Translations under genes and position numbers: made by a program
Shown here: positions 21,592-30,295 of the stretch, in pieces
How positions within the stretch are numbered: position 1 is the first letter of the stretch
How the letters are laid out: each line of letters starts with the position of its first letter
Origin: Vulcanimicrobiota bacterium
Lineage (GTDB): Bacteria; Vulcanimicrobiota; Xenobia; Xenobiales; Xenobiaceae
Reading direction: 5' to 3'
Assembly: GCA_944322965.1 (NCBI GenBank)
Contig: CALUQR010000001.1
Location: forward strand, 327,815 to 391,814
Length of the DNA: 64,000 bases
The notes under the pieces: model-generated
The model's database searches: none
What the model was told of the DNA's origin: nothing
Seen by the model: only the letters and a program-made list of their open reading frames with translations

Positions 21592-22557
21592 GTGGACGAG
21601 ATTTTTAATAGCGCCAGTTTGCAGCCCATCAAGAGGCGCACCGGTATGCGCCTGCGCCGCTGCGCTCAGAGTGGCGCCCAAGCTAAGATTCCGCTGACGG
21701 AGCAAGATTGCAGGGATGTGATGGCTAGAGAGGTCTTTGAAGCCCGCAATTTGGCTGACGATCTGCGCTTCCAAGTTTTGAGACAATTAGTCCAGGTCTC
21801 CCCCGGGGGGGTCTTAGCCTTGGCTTGGCTCTGCGTCAACGACGGGGCCAAGGTGGGGCTCGATAAGTTGCGGGAGTTCGCCTTACAGCTCATAGACCCC
21901 CAGACGGTCAAGAATCTGACCCGGGACGCCTCGCGCGAGCCTTTGGCTAAGGTCCAAGCTCTCTACGCTTTTAGCGCTCTCATTAGTCATCCCGATTTCT
22001 CGCGCCTCGATCGCCTCTGTATGACCGTCTGCCTTTTATTGAGCGACTGTTTCTCGGAGGAGGCGCGCAGCGCCATGTTAGAGCGCACCTTAGAGTTGCG
22101 GGTCTTCAATAGCGCCGACCGCCGCATCCTCTGCCAGTGGGGGATGGGTTTAGACGTGGAAGATGAGATCTCTAAGGGCTTTTTGCGGGAGATGCCTCTG
22201 CCCCCTACCTTCTTAGCTCGCAAGGCTATCACTTGTTTAGTGCGGGTGGGCGAGGACGCCACTAAGGTGGTGCGCCACATCTTAGATAATATCGAATGTT
22301 GGGCCGATACTAAGCCCCTCTTACAGGGCGTTTTGGATATTATCGAATTTACGAGCCAGCGCGGCGAGGCCCAGACCTTGCCCCGCCAGCGCATCTATGA
22401 GTTATGTATTGCTAACCCCGAGGCCAGTCTGCGGCGGCGGGCCTACGTCTTAGCTTCGGCGACCGAGGGGGACGAGTTGATGCGGCGGGCCTTACACGAT
22501 AAGGATCTGGGGGTGCGCAATTGGGCTATGGCCTATTTTAACGGTCGGGGGCGTTAA
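21592..22557 (+). CDS. HEAT/PBS-lyase-like repeat protein
   Basis: C-terminal HDKDLGVRNWAMAYF and repeated approx 30-aa helical units with Arg/Ala spacing typical of HEAT-like repeats. The start is uncertain. Confidence 0.45.
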   Translation: MDEIFNSASLQPIKRRTGMRLRRCAQSGAQAKIPLTEQDCRDVMAREVFEARNLADDLRFQVLRQLVQVSPGGVLALAWLCVNDGAKVGLDKLREFALQLIDPQTVKNLTRDASREPLAKVQALYAFSALISHPDFSRLDRLCMTVCLLLSDCFSEEARSAMLERTLELRVFNSADRRILCQWGMGLDVEDEISKGFLREMPLPPTFLARKAITCLVRVGEDATKVVRHILDNIECWADTKPLLQGVLDIIEFTSQRGEAQTLPRQRIYELCIANPEASLRRRAYVLASATEGDELMRRALHDKDLGVRNWAMAYFNGRGR

Positions 22558-22624
22558 AGTTTAACTTAAGTTTGCCTCGGGGCGAGCGGTCGCCTCTATC
22601 CTAAGGAATGAGGAGAGTAGTCTC

Positions 22625-23545
22625 ATGTTAAAAGTCGGTATTCTGCGTGGTCGTGAAGATAGTTTCCCGGAGGGCGTGCTCCAGGAGATCAATAAGCGCA
22701 ATTGCGGAGTGGTGGCGGAGTATATCCATGTGGGCGGCACTAGCTGCGGCGAGCCTTGCCCCTATAGCGCCATCTTAGATCGCATCTCCCACGAGGTGCC
22801 CTACTACCAGGTCTATTTGAAGCAGGCCTCCTTACAAGGTACGTACGTCGTCAATAATCCCTTCTGGATGAATGTCGACGACAAGTTCTTTGGCTACTCT
22901 CTGGCCCAGAAGTTGGGGATCCCCGTCCCCAAGACGGTAGTCCTGCCCAATAGGGCCTATATGGCCGATATTACGGAGGGCTCGCTGCGCAATATGTGGC
23001 CTATCGACTGGGATGCGCGCTTAGCGGAAGTCGGTTTGCCCTGCATTATGAAGCCCGCTTTCGGCGGCGGTTGGAAGAACGTCTATAAGATCTTCACTAA
23101 AGAGGACGCTATCCGGGCTTACGAGGAGTCGGGCTACCTGACCATGACCTTGCAAGAGTTTATCTCTTGGGACGACTATATCCGCTGCCTGTGCATCGGC
23201 CGCAACCAGGCCCGCGCCATTCGCTACATTCCGCGCCCCATGGGTCAGGGCGAGTACGTCCAGGACCAAGGCGTCTTAGATCCCCAGGATTTAGCTAAGG
23301 CCGAAGAGTATTCGATCCGCTTCAATACGGCTATCGGCTACGATATGAACGCCTTAGAGTTTGCCGTTAAAGATCATACCCTCTATGCCATCGACATCAC
23401 TAACTACGTCTGCGACTTCGACCAGAAATCGCTCAAAGAGGCCCACTTCCCCTGGGCGGTCAGCAAGATGGCCGACCTTTTGATCGAGAAGGCTAAGGGC
23501 GGAGTGCGCAACGACGTCACCGCCAACTGGGCCGCTTATATCTAA
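22625..23545 (+). CDS. ATP-grasp superfamily ligase (substrate unknown)
   Basis: LAQKLGIPVPKTVVL...IMKPAFGGGWKNVYKIF...LQEFI has the ATP-grasp fold layout of RimK/GshB-like enzymes. GAGGAG lies 8 nt before ATG. Confidence 0.55.
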   Translation: MLKVGILRGREDSFPEGVLQEINKRNCGVVAEYIHVGGTSCGEPCPYSAILDRISHEVPYYQVYLKQASLQGTYVVNNPFWMNVDDKFFGYSLAQKLGIPVPKTVVLPNRAYMADITEGSLRNMWPIDWDARLAEVGLPCIMKPAFGGGWKNVYKIFTKEDAIRAYEESGYLTMTLQEFISWDDYIRCLCIGRNQARAIRYIPRPMGQGEYVQDQGVLDPQDLAKAEEYSIRFNTAIGYDMNALEFAVKDHTLYAIDITNYVCDFDQKSLKEAHFPWAVSKMADLLIEKAKGGVRNDVTANWAAYI

Positions 23546-23612
23546 TAGCCTTTTAAGTTAAAAAGCTAAAGTTGCAGCTAAGATATTAGCCTAAAGAAGC
23601 TCTTTTAATGGA

Positions 23613-23657
23613 ATCTTCCCCCGCTTGCCAACCGGCAAGCGGGGGAAGATTTTTTGT
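23613..23657 (+). terminator. rho-independent terminator (17-bp perfect stem + TTTTTGTT)
   Basis: ATCTTCCCCCGCTTGCC aacc GGCAAGCGGGGGAAGAT followed by TTTTTT, read directly. Confidence 0.65.
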
Positions 23658-23854
23658 TGGTCATTGTTATGTCAATTTATTGCGCAAGTATTAAAAATAT
23701 TAAATTTGTATTGCAATTGTGTCTGTTTATGGATGTTTTCGCTTGTTTTCGATCTTAAAAAGTTATAAATTTTAACCAGTGCCGAACCGCCGAGATGGGG
23801 CAGTACATTGCGGAGGGCTCGGGACCGCGAGCTGCAAGTTTTGGAGGTATGGGT

Positions 23855-25249
23855 ATGAAGTACAATTTTTCCATCCTAGCTACGGCTCTGGCCGTAGGAT
23901 TATTCGCTCTTCCCGCGTGGTCGGCCGTCTCCGATGTGGAGGGAGGCACGGCTACCGATAATACTATCTTCGAGCGCCACTATACGACCCACGATCGGGG
24001 TACGCGCGTCGATAAGACGACCCACAACTCTCGCACCGACAATACTTACGAAGTGCAGGGTAAGTTGCGCTATAAAGAGGGCAACTGGACTTACGGTCAG
24101 ATCTGCACCTGGCATCATTACTACGATGAGAAGGTGAAAAATTTTAATCGGGTGGGCGATAACCCCTCCAACGCCCGTTCGGATATAGACGGCGTGACCC
24201 AGGATATTTTGAATGCGGCCAATAGCTTTATCGACGGGCGCAACAATATTACTAAGGAACTCAATAGTAAATACGGCCGCAATGGCGGTATGATGCACCA
24301 TATCAATACTACTAATGATTATATCTCCGATCCCAGCCTCGACGATGATTACGACGCCGCCGGCGCCAACCGCGGGGACGCTACCGTAGCCCTCTATTGG
24401 ACTAAGAAGGGCGAGGGTGATACTACTACCACCCATAGCACCGAGACTAGACAAGAGGATTACCGCGGGCCCAGCACCTTTAGCAATTGGGAGCTCTACA
24501 ATATCGAGTCTAAGCGGGGTATCGATGCCGAGCCCAACAGCATTATGGTTGGCGACCCCGACTCTATCGCCAACGCTTACGCCGCCCAAGGCGATGTCAG
24601 CGCCGACACCGTAGTCGATCTCTACTATCAGCGCGACGAGTATTATAAGTACGGTACTAATACGGTAATTACCGACGTAACCCAAAAACACACCGTCTAT
24701 CAGGTAGAGGCTAAGTACTTAATCAGTCCCATCGTCTTAGACTTAGATGGCGACGGCGCTATCCAGGCTTCCGACGGCCAGTATCTGGCCCACGATACCT
24801 TTAGCAACCGGGTGGCTATGTTCGACTTCTTCGGCAACGGCTTCCCCGTCCTCATGGAGTGGGTAGGTCCCAACGACGGTCTGCTCTGCCGTCCCGCGGC
24901 CGATGGCAGCGTCAAGGGTACTGACCTCTTCGGTACGGCCAACGGTATGGCCAATGGCTACGAGGAGATGGCCTCCTTAGATAAGGATAATGACGGTAAG
25001 CTCCAGGGCGAAGAGTTAGAGGGTCTGTGCGTGTGGACCGACCTCAATGGCAACGCTATCGCCGAGAAGGGCGAAGTGAAGAGCCTGCAGGAGCTGGGCA
25101 TTACCTCCCTCAGCTGGCATCACATCGACTATAGAGCCACCTTCGAGCGCAATGGCAAGACTTACCGCTCCTTCGACTGGTGGCCCAACTGCCGCGAGAC
25201 GCGCAAGGTCAACGTAGCTTCGGTAGTAGAGAAATTGCAGAAAAAGTAG
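23855..25249 (+). CDS. secreted T/N/Y-rich protein with C-terminal EF-hand Ca-binding loops (paralog B)
   Basis: The signal peptide is MKYNFSILATALAVGLFALPAWSAVSDV. GGAGG lies 7 nt before ATG 23855. DKDNDGKLQGEE is a canonical 12-residue EF-hand loop. The C-terminal approx 170 aa are about 70% identical to 3675-4997. Confidence 0.6.
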   Translation: MKYNFSILATALAVGLFALPAWSAVSDVEGGTATDNTIFERHYTTHDRGTRVDKTTHNSRTDNTYEVQGKLRYKEGNWTYGQICTWHHYYDEKVKNFNRVGDNPSNARSDIDGVTQDILNAANSFIDGRNNITKELNSKYGRNGGMMHHINTTNDYISDPSLDDDYDAAGANRGDATVALYWTKKGEGDTTTTHSTETRQEDYRGPSTFSNWELYNIESKRGIDAEPNSIMVGDPDSIANAYAAQGDVSADTVVDLYYQRDEYYKYGTNTVITDVTQKHTVYQVEAKYLISPIVLDLDGDGAIQASDGQYLAHDTFSNRVAMFDFFGNGFPVLMEWVGPNDGLLCRPAADGSVKGTDLFGTANGMANGYEEMASLDKDNDGKLQGEELEGLCVWTDLNGNAIAEKGEVKSLQELGITSLSWHHIDYRATFERNGKTYRSFDWWPNCRETRKVNVASVVEKLQKK

Positions 25250-25294
25250 GTCTTTAGCCTCCGAAGTTATAACTAATAGCGTCTGACCATAAAT

Positions 25295-25325
25295 AGAGGG
25301 CGGGCCCCTGCGGGGCCCGCCCTCT
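25295..25325. terminator. perfect 14-bp GC hairpin between convergent genes (bidirectional terminator candidate)
   Basis: AGAGGGCGGGCCCC tgc GGGGCCCGCCCTCT, read directly. Confidence 0.45.
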
Positions 25326-25361
25326 CCATTTCCCTCGAGGCTCTTAGAGCATTCTGAGAAT

Positions 25362-27320
25362 CTACTCTTTTAAGGACTGGGCCAGCTCTTCATAGAAGTC
25401 TAAGCTCTCCGGGTTAGAGAGGGCTTGGCGGTTAGTGACCGGGCGGCCGTTAAAGATATTAGCCACCGCGCTCTCTACCTTCTTGCCATTGAGGGTGGCC
25501 GGGATGGCCTGGGTCTGGAAGATGAGGGCCGGCACGTGGCGGGGGGAGGCGTTCTCGCGCAAGATCTTTTTGATCCGCTTACAGAGCTCCTCATCTAAAG
25601 TGAGGCCGGGCTTCAATTGGACGAAGAGGATGATGCGCTGGTCGTCGTGATAATTTTGGCCTATAGCCAAACTATCGACTACTTCGGGTAACTTCTCCAC
25701 TTGGTTGTAAATCTCCGAAGTGCCGATGCGCACCCCTGAGGGCTTTAAGACGGAGTCGGAGCGGCCGTAGTAGGAGATCCCCAAAGTGTCGGAGTGGATG
25801 ACGACGTAATCGCCATGGTACCAAGTGTGGGGATAGACGCGGAAGTAAGCGTCTAAGTAGCGCTTATTGTCGGGGTCGTTGATAAAGTAGAGGGGCATAG
25901 GCGGGCAGGGGAGGATACAGACCAGTTGGCCTTGCTCGTCGCGCACCGGGTGGCCCTTCTCGTCAAAGCACTCGATCTTCATCCCTAAGCCTGGCGATTG
26001 CAGTTCGCCCGAATAGACGGGGCTCAGAGGGTTGCCGCTCGAGAAGCAGCCGTTAATATCGGTGCCTCCGGCGATGGAGTTAAAGTGGAGGTCCTTTTTG
26101 ATCTCCCGGTAGATAAAGTCGAAACCCTCCTCCGAGAGGGCGGAACCGGTCTGGGAGATGAGGCGCAGGGCGCTCAAGTCGGCCGCTTGGCGGGGCGAGA
26201 AGTTGTGGGCCATCAACATGTGGATGTAACTGGCGGAGAGGCCGAAGATGGTAACCCGCTCCTCCTCTAAGATGCGCCAGATGGCTCCCTCATCGGGGTA
26301 GGCGGGGTTGCCGTCAAATAAGACTAAGCTGCAGCCGCAACCTAAGGCCGCCAATTGCCAGTTCCACATCATCCAGCTGCAGGAGGTGATATAGAGCATG
26401 CGGTCGCTCTTTTTGACGTCATTTTGCAGGGCCAACTCTTTGAGCTGGTTGATGAGCAGGCCCCCCACCGATTGGGCCATACATTTGGGTTTGCCCGTAG
26501 TGCCGGAACTAAACATCACCACTAAGGGGCTATTGGCGTCTACTTGCTCATAGTAGAAATCTTTAGTGGGGGTGGCGATAGCCTCTTCCCACAAAAGGGA
26601 GTTGGGCATCTGGGAGCGCTCAGAGCTCTCTCCGGCGTAGTGGACTAAGATAACCTTTTCTAAGCTGGGGATAGATTCCGCCACTTGGCGGGCGTGCTCT
26701 AAGACGGGGAAGACGTGTCCTTTATAAAGGTAGCCGTCGACGCTAATTAAGACTTTGGGTTGGACTTGGCCCAAACGGTCGACCGCCGCCTGGGGGCCAA
26801 TATCGGTGGCGCAAGAACACCAGACGGCGCCAATGGCGGCGCTGGCCAACATGGCGATGATCGTCTCCGGCATATTGGGCAGGTAAGCGGCTACCGCGTC
26901 GCCCGGTCGGAGGCCCAATTGGCGCAGGCGCTGGGCCAAGGCTTGGACCTGGCGCTCCAGTTCGCGCCAACTTAAGGAGCGCCGTTCACTCTGCTCGCCC
27001 CGGAAGATGAGGGCCTCCTCTTCAGAGTCCGTCCAGCGCAAGATATTCTCGGCGTAATTCAACTTGGCGCCCACAAACCACTTGACGCCGGGGAAGCGTT
27101 CGAGATCGTCAGCTACCGTCTCGTAGGGACTGGAGGTAATAATATCTAAAAACTCCCACAGCGTACCCCAGAAATCTTGCGGACGCATGACCGACCACTC
27201 GTAGAGGGTGCGGTAGTCGTGCAAAAATAGGGTATACTTATCGTTGACGTACAACATGAATTGATACATGTTGGACTGCGTGCGATACTGCTCTGAGGGG
27301 GTCCACAGCAATTTTCTCAT
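25362..27320 (-). CDS. acetoacetyl-CoA synthetase (AMP-dependent synthetase/ligase family)
   Basis: The N-terminus (LWTPSEQYRTQSNMYQFM...YEWSV..DFWG) matches acetoacetate-CoA ligases. The AMP-binding motif is FSSGTTGKPK. Confidence 0.8.
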   Translation of the reverse strand: MRKLLWTPSEQYRTQSNMYQFMLYVNDKYTLFLHDYRTLYEWSVMRPQDFWGTLWEFLDIITSSPYETVADDLERFPGVKWFVGAKLNYAENILRWTDSEEEALIFRGEQSERRSLSWRELERQVQALAQRLRQLGLRPGDAVAAYLPNMPETIIAMLASAAIGAVWCSCATDIGPQAAVDRLGQVQPKVLISVDGYLYKGHVFPVLEHARQVAESIPSLEKVILVHYAGESSERSQMPNSLLWEEAIATPTKDFYYEQVDANSPLVVMFSSGTTGKPKCMAQSVGGLLINQLKELALQNDVKKSDRMLYITSCSWMMWNWQLAALGCGCSLVLFDGNPAYPDEGAIWRILEEERVTIFGLSASYIHMLMAHNFSPRQAADLSALRLISQTGSALSEEGFDFIYREIKKDLHFNSIAGGTDINGCFSSGNPLSPVYSGELQSPGLGMKIECFDEKGHPVRDEQGQLVCILPCPPMPLYFINDPDNKRYLDAYFRVYPHTWYHGDYVVIHSDTLGISYYGRSDSVLKPSGVRIGTSEIYNQVEKLPEVVDSLAIGQNYHDDQRIILFVQLKPGLTLDEELCKRIKKILRENASPRHVPALIFQTQAIPATLNGKKVESAVANIFNGRPVTNRQALSNPESLDFYEELAQSLKE

Positions 27321-27375
27321 TTTTGGCCCTAAGCTCCCGACAAAAAGATGGGCTAAGCTTTAGCTAAGAGGGGCT

Positions 27376-28380
27376 CTAGGACCTGCTGGCCATCTCCTCT
27401 AAGGCCTTATAGACGACCTCTAAAGTAGCGCCCGGTTTATAGGCGTTCTGGGAGAGATAACGGCGCCAGAAAGTAGCTTGGCGCTGGTATTGGTAGAGCC
27501 CCAAAAGGTGGCGCACGAAATGGCTCAAAGGGGCGCCCTGGGCTATCTCCCGCTCGATATAGGGGAGGGCTCGCTCTTTTAAATACTCTTCCCGCGTCCG
27601 CTTAGGGGTAGGCAAAGCGAAGAAGAGGCGGTCCACCTCCTCTAAGAGGAAGAGATTATGGTAGAGGGAGCGGCCCAACATGACTCCGTCCACATAGCGG
27701 AGGTGGGCGGCGGCCTCCTCATTATTAGTAATATTGCCATTAATGACCCACTCTAATTGGGGATAGAGCTCTTTGAGGCGGTAGACGGCGGGATAATCGA
27801 GGGGGACTAAGCTCCTATTTTGGTGGGTATCGTAGCGCTTGAGATCGGCCTTGCGGGCGTGGACGATAAAGGTTTGGCAGCCCTCCTGGGCCAAGAGCTC
27901 TACAAAGTTTAATAATTTTTCCCAAGGGTAAGCGGGATTAGAGCCCAAGCGGCATTTAATAGTCACGGGTAGGTTAGTCGCCTGGCGGCAAGCCCGAAAA
28001 CAGCGGGCTACTAAGGGCGGATCTTCCATTAAGCAGAGGCCGAACTGGCCCGCCACCCCTTTGGGGCTGGGACAGCCTATATTGAGATTAATTTCGCTAA
28101 AGCCGTAAGGGGTGGCGATGGCGGCCGCTTGGGCTAGATCTTGGGTCTCGCCCCCCGCCAATTGTAAAGCTACGGGCGCCCCTTGGGCTTGGGCGGGCAG
28201 AGTCAAAGCGTAGGTACCGCGCACTAAAGCCTGGGCGTGGACTAACTCCGTATAGAGGAGGGCCTTTTGAGAGAGGAAGCGCGCCAGCTGGCGGAAGTGG
28301 CGGTCCGTAGCCCCCAACATAGGGGCGCTGCAATAGCGATGGAGCGTAAACTGGGGCATAAGGGCAGGGCGGGGGGCCAA
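27376..28380 (-). CDS. tRNA-dihydrouridine synthase (DusA-like)
   Basis: SAPMLGATDRHFRQLARFLS...LLYTELV matches the Dus family N-terminus and TIM-barrel motifs. Confidence 0.8.
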   Translation of the reverse strand: MAPRPALMPQFTLHRYCSAPMLGATDRHFRQLARFLSQKALLYTELVHAQALVRGTYALTLPAQAQGAPVALQLAGGETQDLAQAAAIATPYGFSEINLNIGCPSPKGVAGQFGLCLMEDPPLVARCFRACRQATNLPVTIKCRLGSNPAYPWEKLLNFVELLAQEGCQTFIVHARKADLKRYDTHQNRSLVPLDYPAVYRLKELYPQLEWVINGNITNNEEAAAHLRYVDGVMLGRSLYHNLFLLEEVDRLFFALPTPKRTREEYLKERALPYIEREIAQGAPLSHFVRHLLGLYQYQRQATFWRRYLSQNAYKPGATLEVVYKALEEMASRS

Positions 28381-28386
28381 GTTCAG

Positions 28387-28427
28387 AGGTCCGGCGGCTG
28401 GGGCCGATAGCCCCAGCCGCCGGACCT
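28387..28427 (-). terminator. perfect 18-bp GC hairpin downstream of the PD40 gene, no U-tract
   Basis: AGGTCCGGCGGCTGGGGC cgata GCCCCAGCCGCCGGACCT, read directly. Confidence 0.45.
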
Positions 28428-28455
28428 CACTAGCAGCCCCTAAATCTTAGGGTCC

Positions 28456-29583
28456 TTACTCGACGTCGAAGACGCGCAAGCCGCTCTGGTTGTAGATGAA
28501 CATGCGCTCGCCGTCGGCGGAGATACGCTGCACGCCGCGGCTCAACTCGTTGTAACCCTTGATGGGTTTGACGATCCAGCCTTCGCCTTCGCGGGCGTAG
28601 TGGGTGCGCCAGCGCTGGTTGTCCTGGCTGAAGGTGGAGAACATAGCCGTCGTACCGTCGGCGGAGAGGAAGAGGTTGCGGTAGGGCTTAGCCGTCTCGG
28701 TAGCCAAGTCGGTCTTCTTGTCGGCGTTGGCGTCGTAGACTACCAAGTCGTAATCCCGCTCGCCGCGCTTGACGGAGTAGAGGAGGCGATCGTTAAAGCC
28801 CCACATACCCATATCCTCTTGGCCCTGGTCGAAGGTCTTGAGGCTCAAGGTCTCGTCGCCAATCTTCCAGTTGTAGTAGTCAACCTTATCGCCCGTAGTC
28901 TCTACGAAGAAGGCGTTCTTAGTAGAGGTAATATCTTCGTGGTAGAAGTTGGCGCCTTGGCGCGCTTTGTTCTGAGCCTTCTGGACTTCCGCCACTTTGG
29001 TAAAGGCCTCGACGCCCGTCTTAGTGGGGTCTAAGGTGGCTACGGCGTTGCGCCCGGCGTAGTCCTGCTCGTCGTAGTAGTAACCCTGGACTACGATCTG
29101 CCCTTGGTAAAGGGTCATAACCAGAGGATAGCAGCGGAAACCGGGGGTACCGAACTTGTGCTCCATAATGGTGGAGACCTGGCCGCTCATGAGATCCAAT
29201 TTCTGGAAAGTGGCGCCCGAACGGCTGGTGAAGACTAAGGCCTTACCGTCGGGGGTATAAGTAATCTGCTCAAAGTGGGGAACGGATACTTTGTAACTGC
29301 GGACGGTATTGACGCGCCCCTTGTCGTCTAAGCTCAAGATGGCGATCCGATACTTTTCGCCTTTGGCAATATCTTCCGAGTCGCCTTGGTACACGCCCAT
29401 GATGGAACGGCCGTCGGGAGAGAAGCAGGCCGGATAGAAGGTCTCGGTGTCGATGCCCTGCTTCTTAAGCTGGGCGGAGGTGGTAAAAGCACTATCGGCT
29501 TGGGCTACACCGGCTCCTAAGGTAAAGGTCGCTAAACAAGCGGTCGCTAACAAAAAGTGTTTAAAACGCATCTGCGCCTCCAT
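28456..29583 (-). CDS. secreted PD40/TolB-like beta-propeller repeat protein
   Basis: The signal peptide is MRFKHFLLATACLATFTLGAGVAQA. FSPDGRSI, YTPDGKALVF, LSADGTTAMF and ISADGERMF are PD40-type repeat signatures. Confidence 0.5.
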   Translation of the reverse strand: MEAQMRFKHFLLATACLATFTLGAGVAQADSAFTTSAQLKKQGIDTETFYPACFSPDGRSIMGVYQGDSEDIAKGEKYRIAILSLDDKGRVNTVRSYKVSVPHFEQITYTPDGKALVFTSRSGATFQKLDLMSGQVSTIMEHKFGTPGFRCYPLVMTLYQGQIVVQGYYYDEQDYAGRNAVATLDPTKTGVEAFTKVAEVQKAQNKARQGANFYHEDITSTKNAFFVETTGDKVDYYNWKIGDETLSLKTFDQGQEDMGMWGFNDRLLYSVKRGERDYDLVVYDANADKKTDLATETAKPYRNLFLSADGTTAMFSTFSQDNQRWRTHYAREGEGWIVKPIKGYNELSRGVQRISADGERMFIYNQSGLRVFDVE

Positions 29584-29736
29584 TAAACTCGTACTCGAAA
29601 GAAAACGGTACGGCCCTCACTATCCATAAATGACGGCATTGCCTTTAAAGCTTCCCTAAAGTTTGGCGGTTACCTTGTCTATAAATGTTAAAAAAGAGAG
29701 CACTCTAGGGGAAGAGGAAAGATCTATTAGCTAAGG

Positions 29737-30258
29737 CTAAGGGGAGAGGGGGCGCGTCACTTCGATCCAGCCCGCAAAGTTAGAGACCGTTTGGGCCAAC
29801 TCTGAGGGAGTAAACTGGGCGATACTTTGGGAGTCGCCCCCCGCCGTAAAGACGCTAGGCCAGCGTTCTAAAGAGCGATCGAGGTAGGTAGCTACCCCTT
29901 CCGGGAGGGCAAAGGGGCAGACGCCCCCCACCGCAAAGCCCAAACGCTCCTGGGTCTGGGCGGGGGTCAAGAACTGGGCCTTGGCCTGGAAGAACCCTTT
30001 AAATAAGGGGTTGGCGATCTTGACATCCCCAGCGCAGACTATGACTATTAAGCGCTCAGGTAATTGCAAGGCCAGGCTCTTAGCGATGCGCGCCTCCTCT
30101 ACCCCCAAGGCTTTAGCCGCTAAGGGGACGGTAGCGCTAGAGAGTTCTAAATGGCGCCAGCGCTGGGCTAAATCGTATTGGGCTAAGTAAGAGCGCACGC
30201 GCTGGGGGGCGGAGCGGGGATCTAAATCCATAGCAGGGGAGAGAACTTTCCAAAGCAA
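29737..30258 (-). CDS. YbaK/ProX-family aminoacyl-tRNA deacylase
   Basis: LIVIVCAGDVKI...LGFAVGGVCPFAL matches the YbaK/EbsC editing-domain core. Confidence 0.6.
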   Translation of the reverse strand: MLWKVLSPAMDLDPRSAPQRVRSYLAQYDLAQRWRHLELSSATVPLAAKALGVEEARIAKSLALQLPERLIVIVCAGDVKIANPLFKGFFQAKAQFLTPAQTQERLGFAVGGVCPFALPEGVATYLDRSLERWPSVFTAGGDSQSIAQFTPSELAQTVSNFAGWIEVTRPLSP

Positions 30259-30295
30259 AATTTCTCAGCCCATTCGCGCTAGGGAGGGCGATCCT

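Noticed and set aside
23900-24691. 263-aa minus-strand ORF antisense to secreted paralog B
   Set aside because: There is no start context or conservation. The sense-strand gene has a signal peptide, an RBS and a paralog, so this ORF is an antisense artefact.
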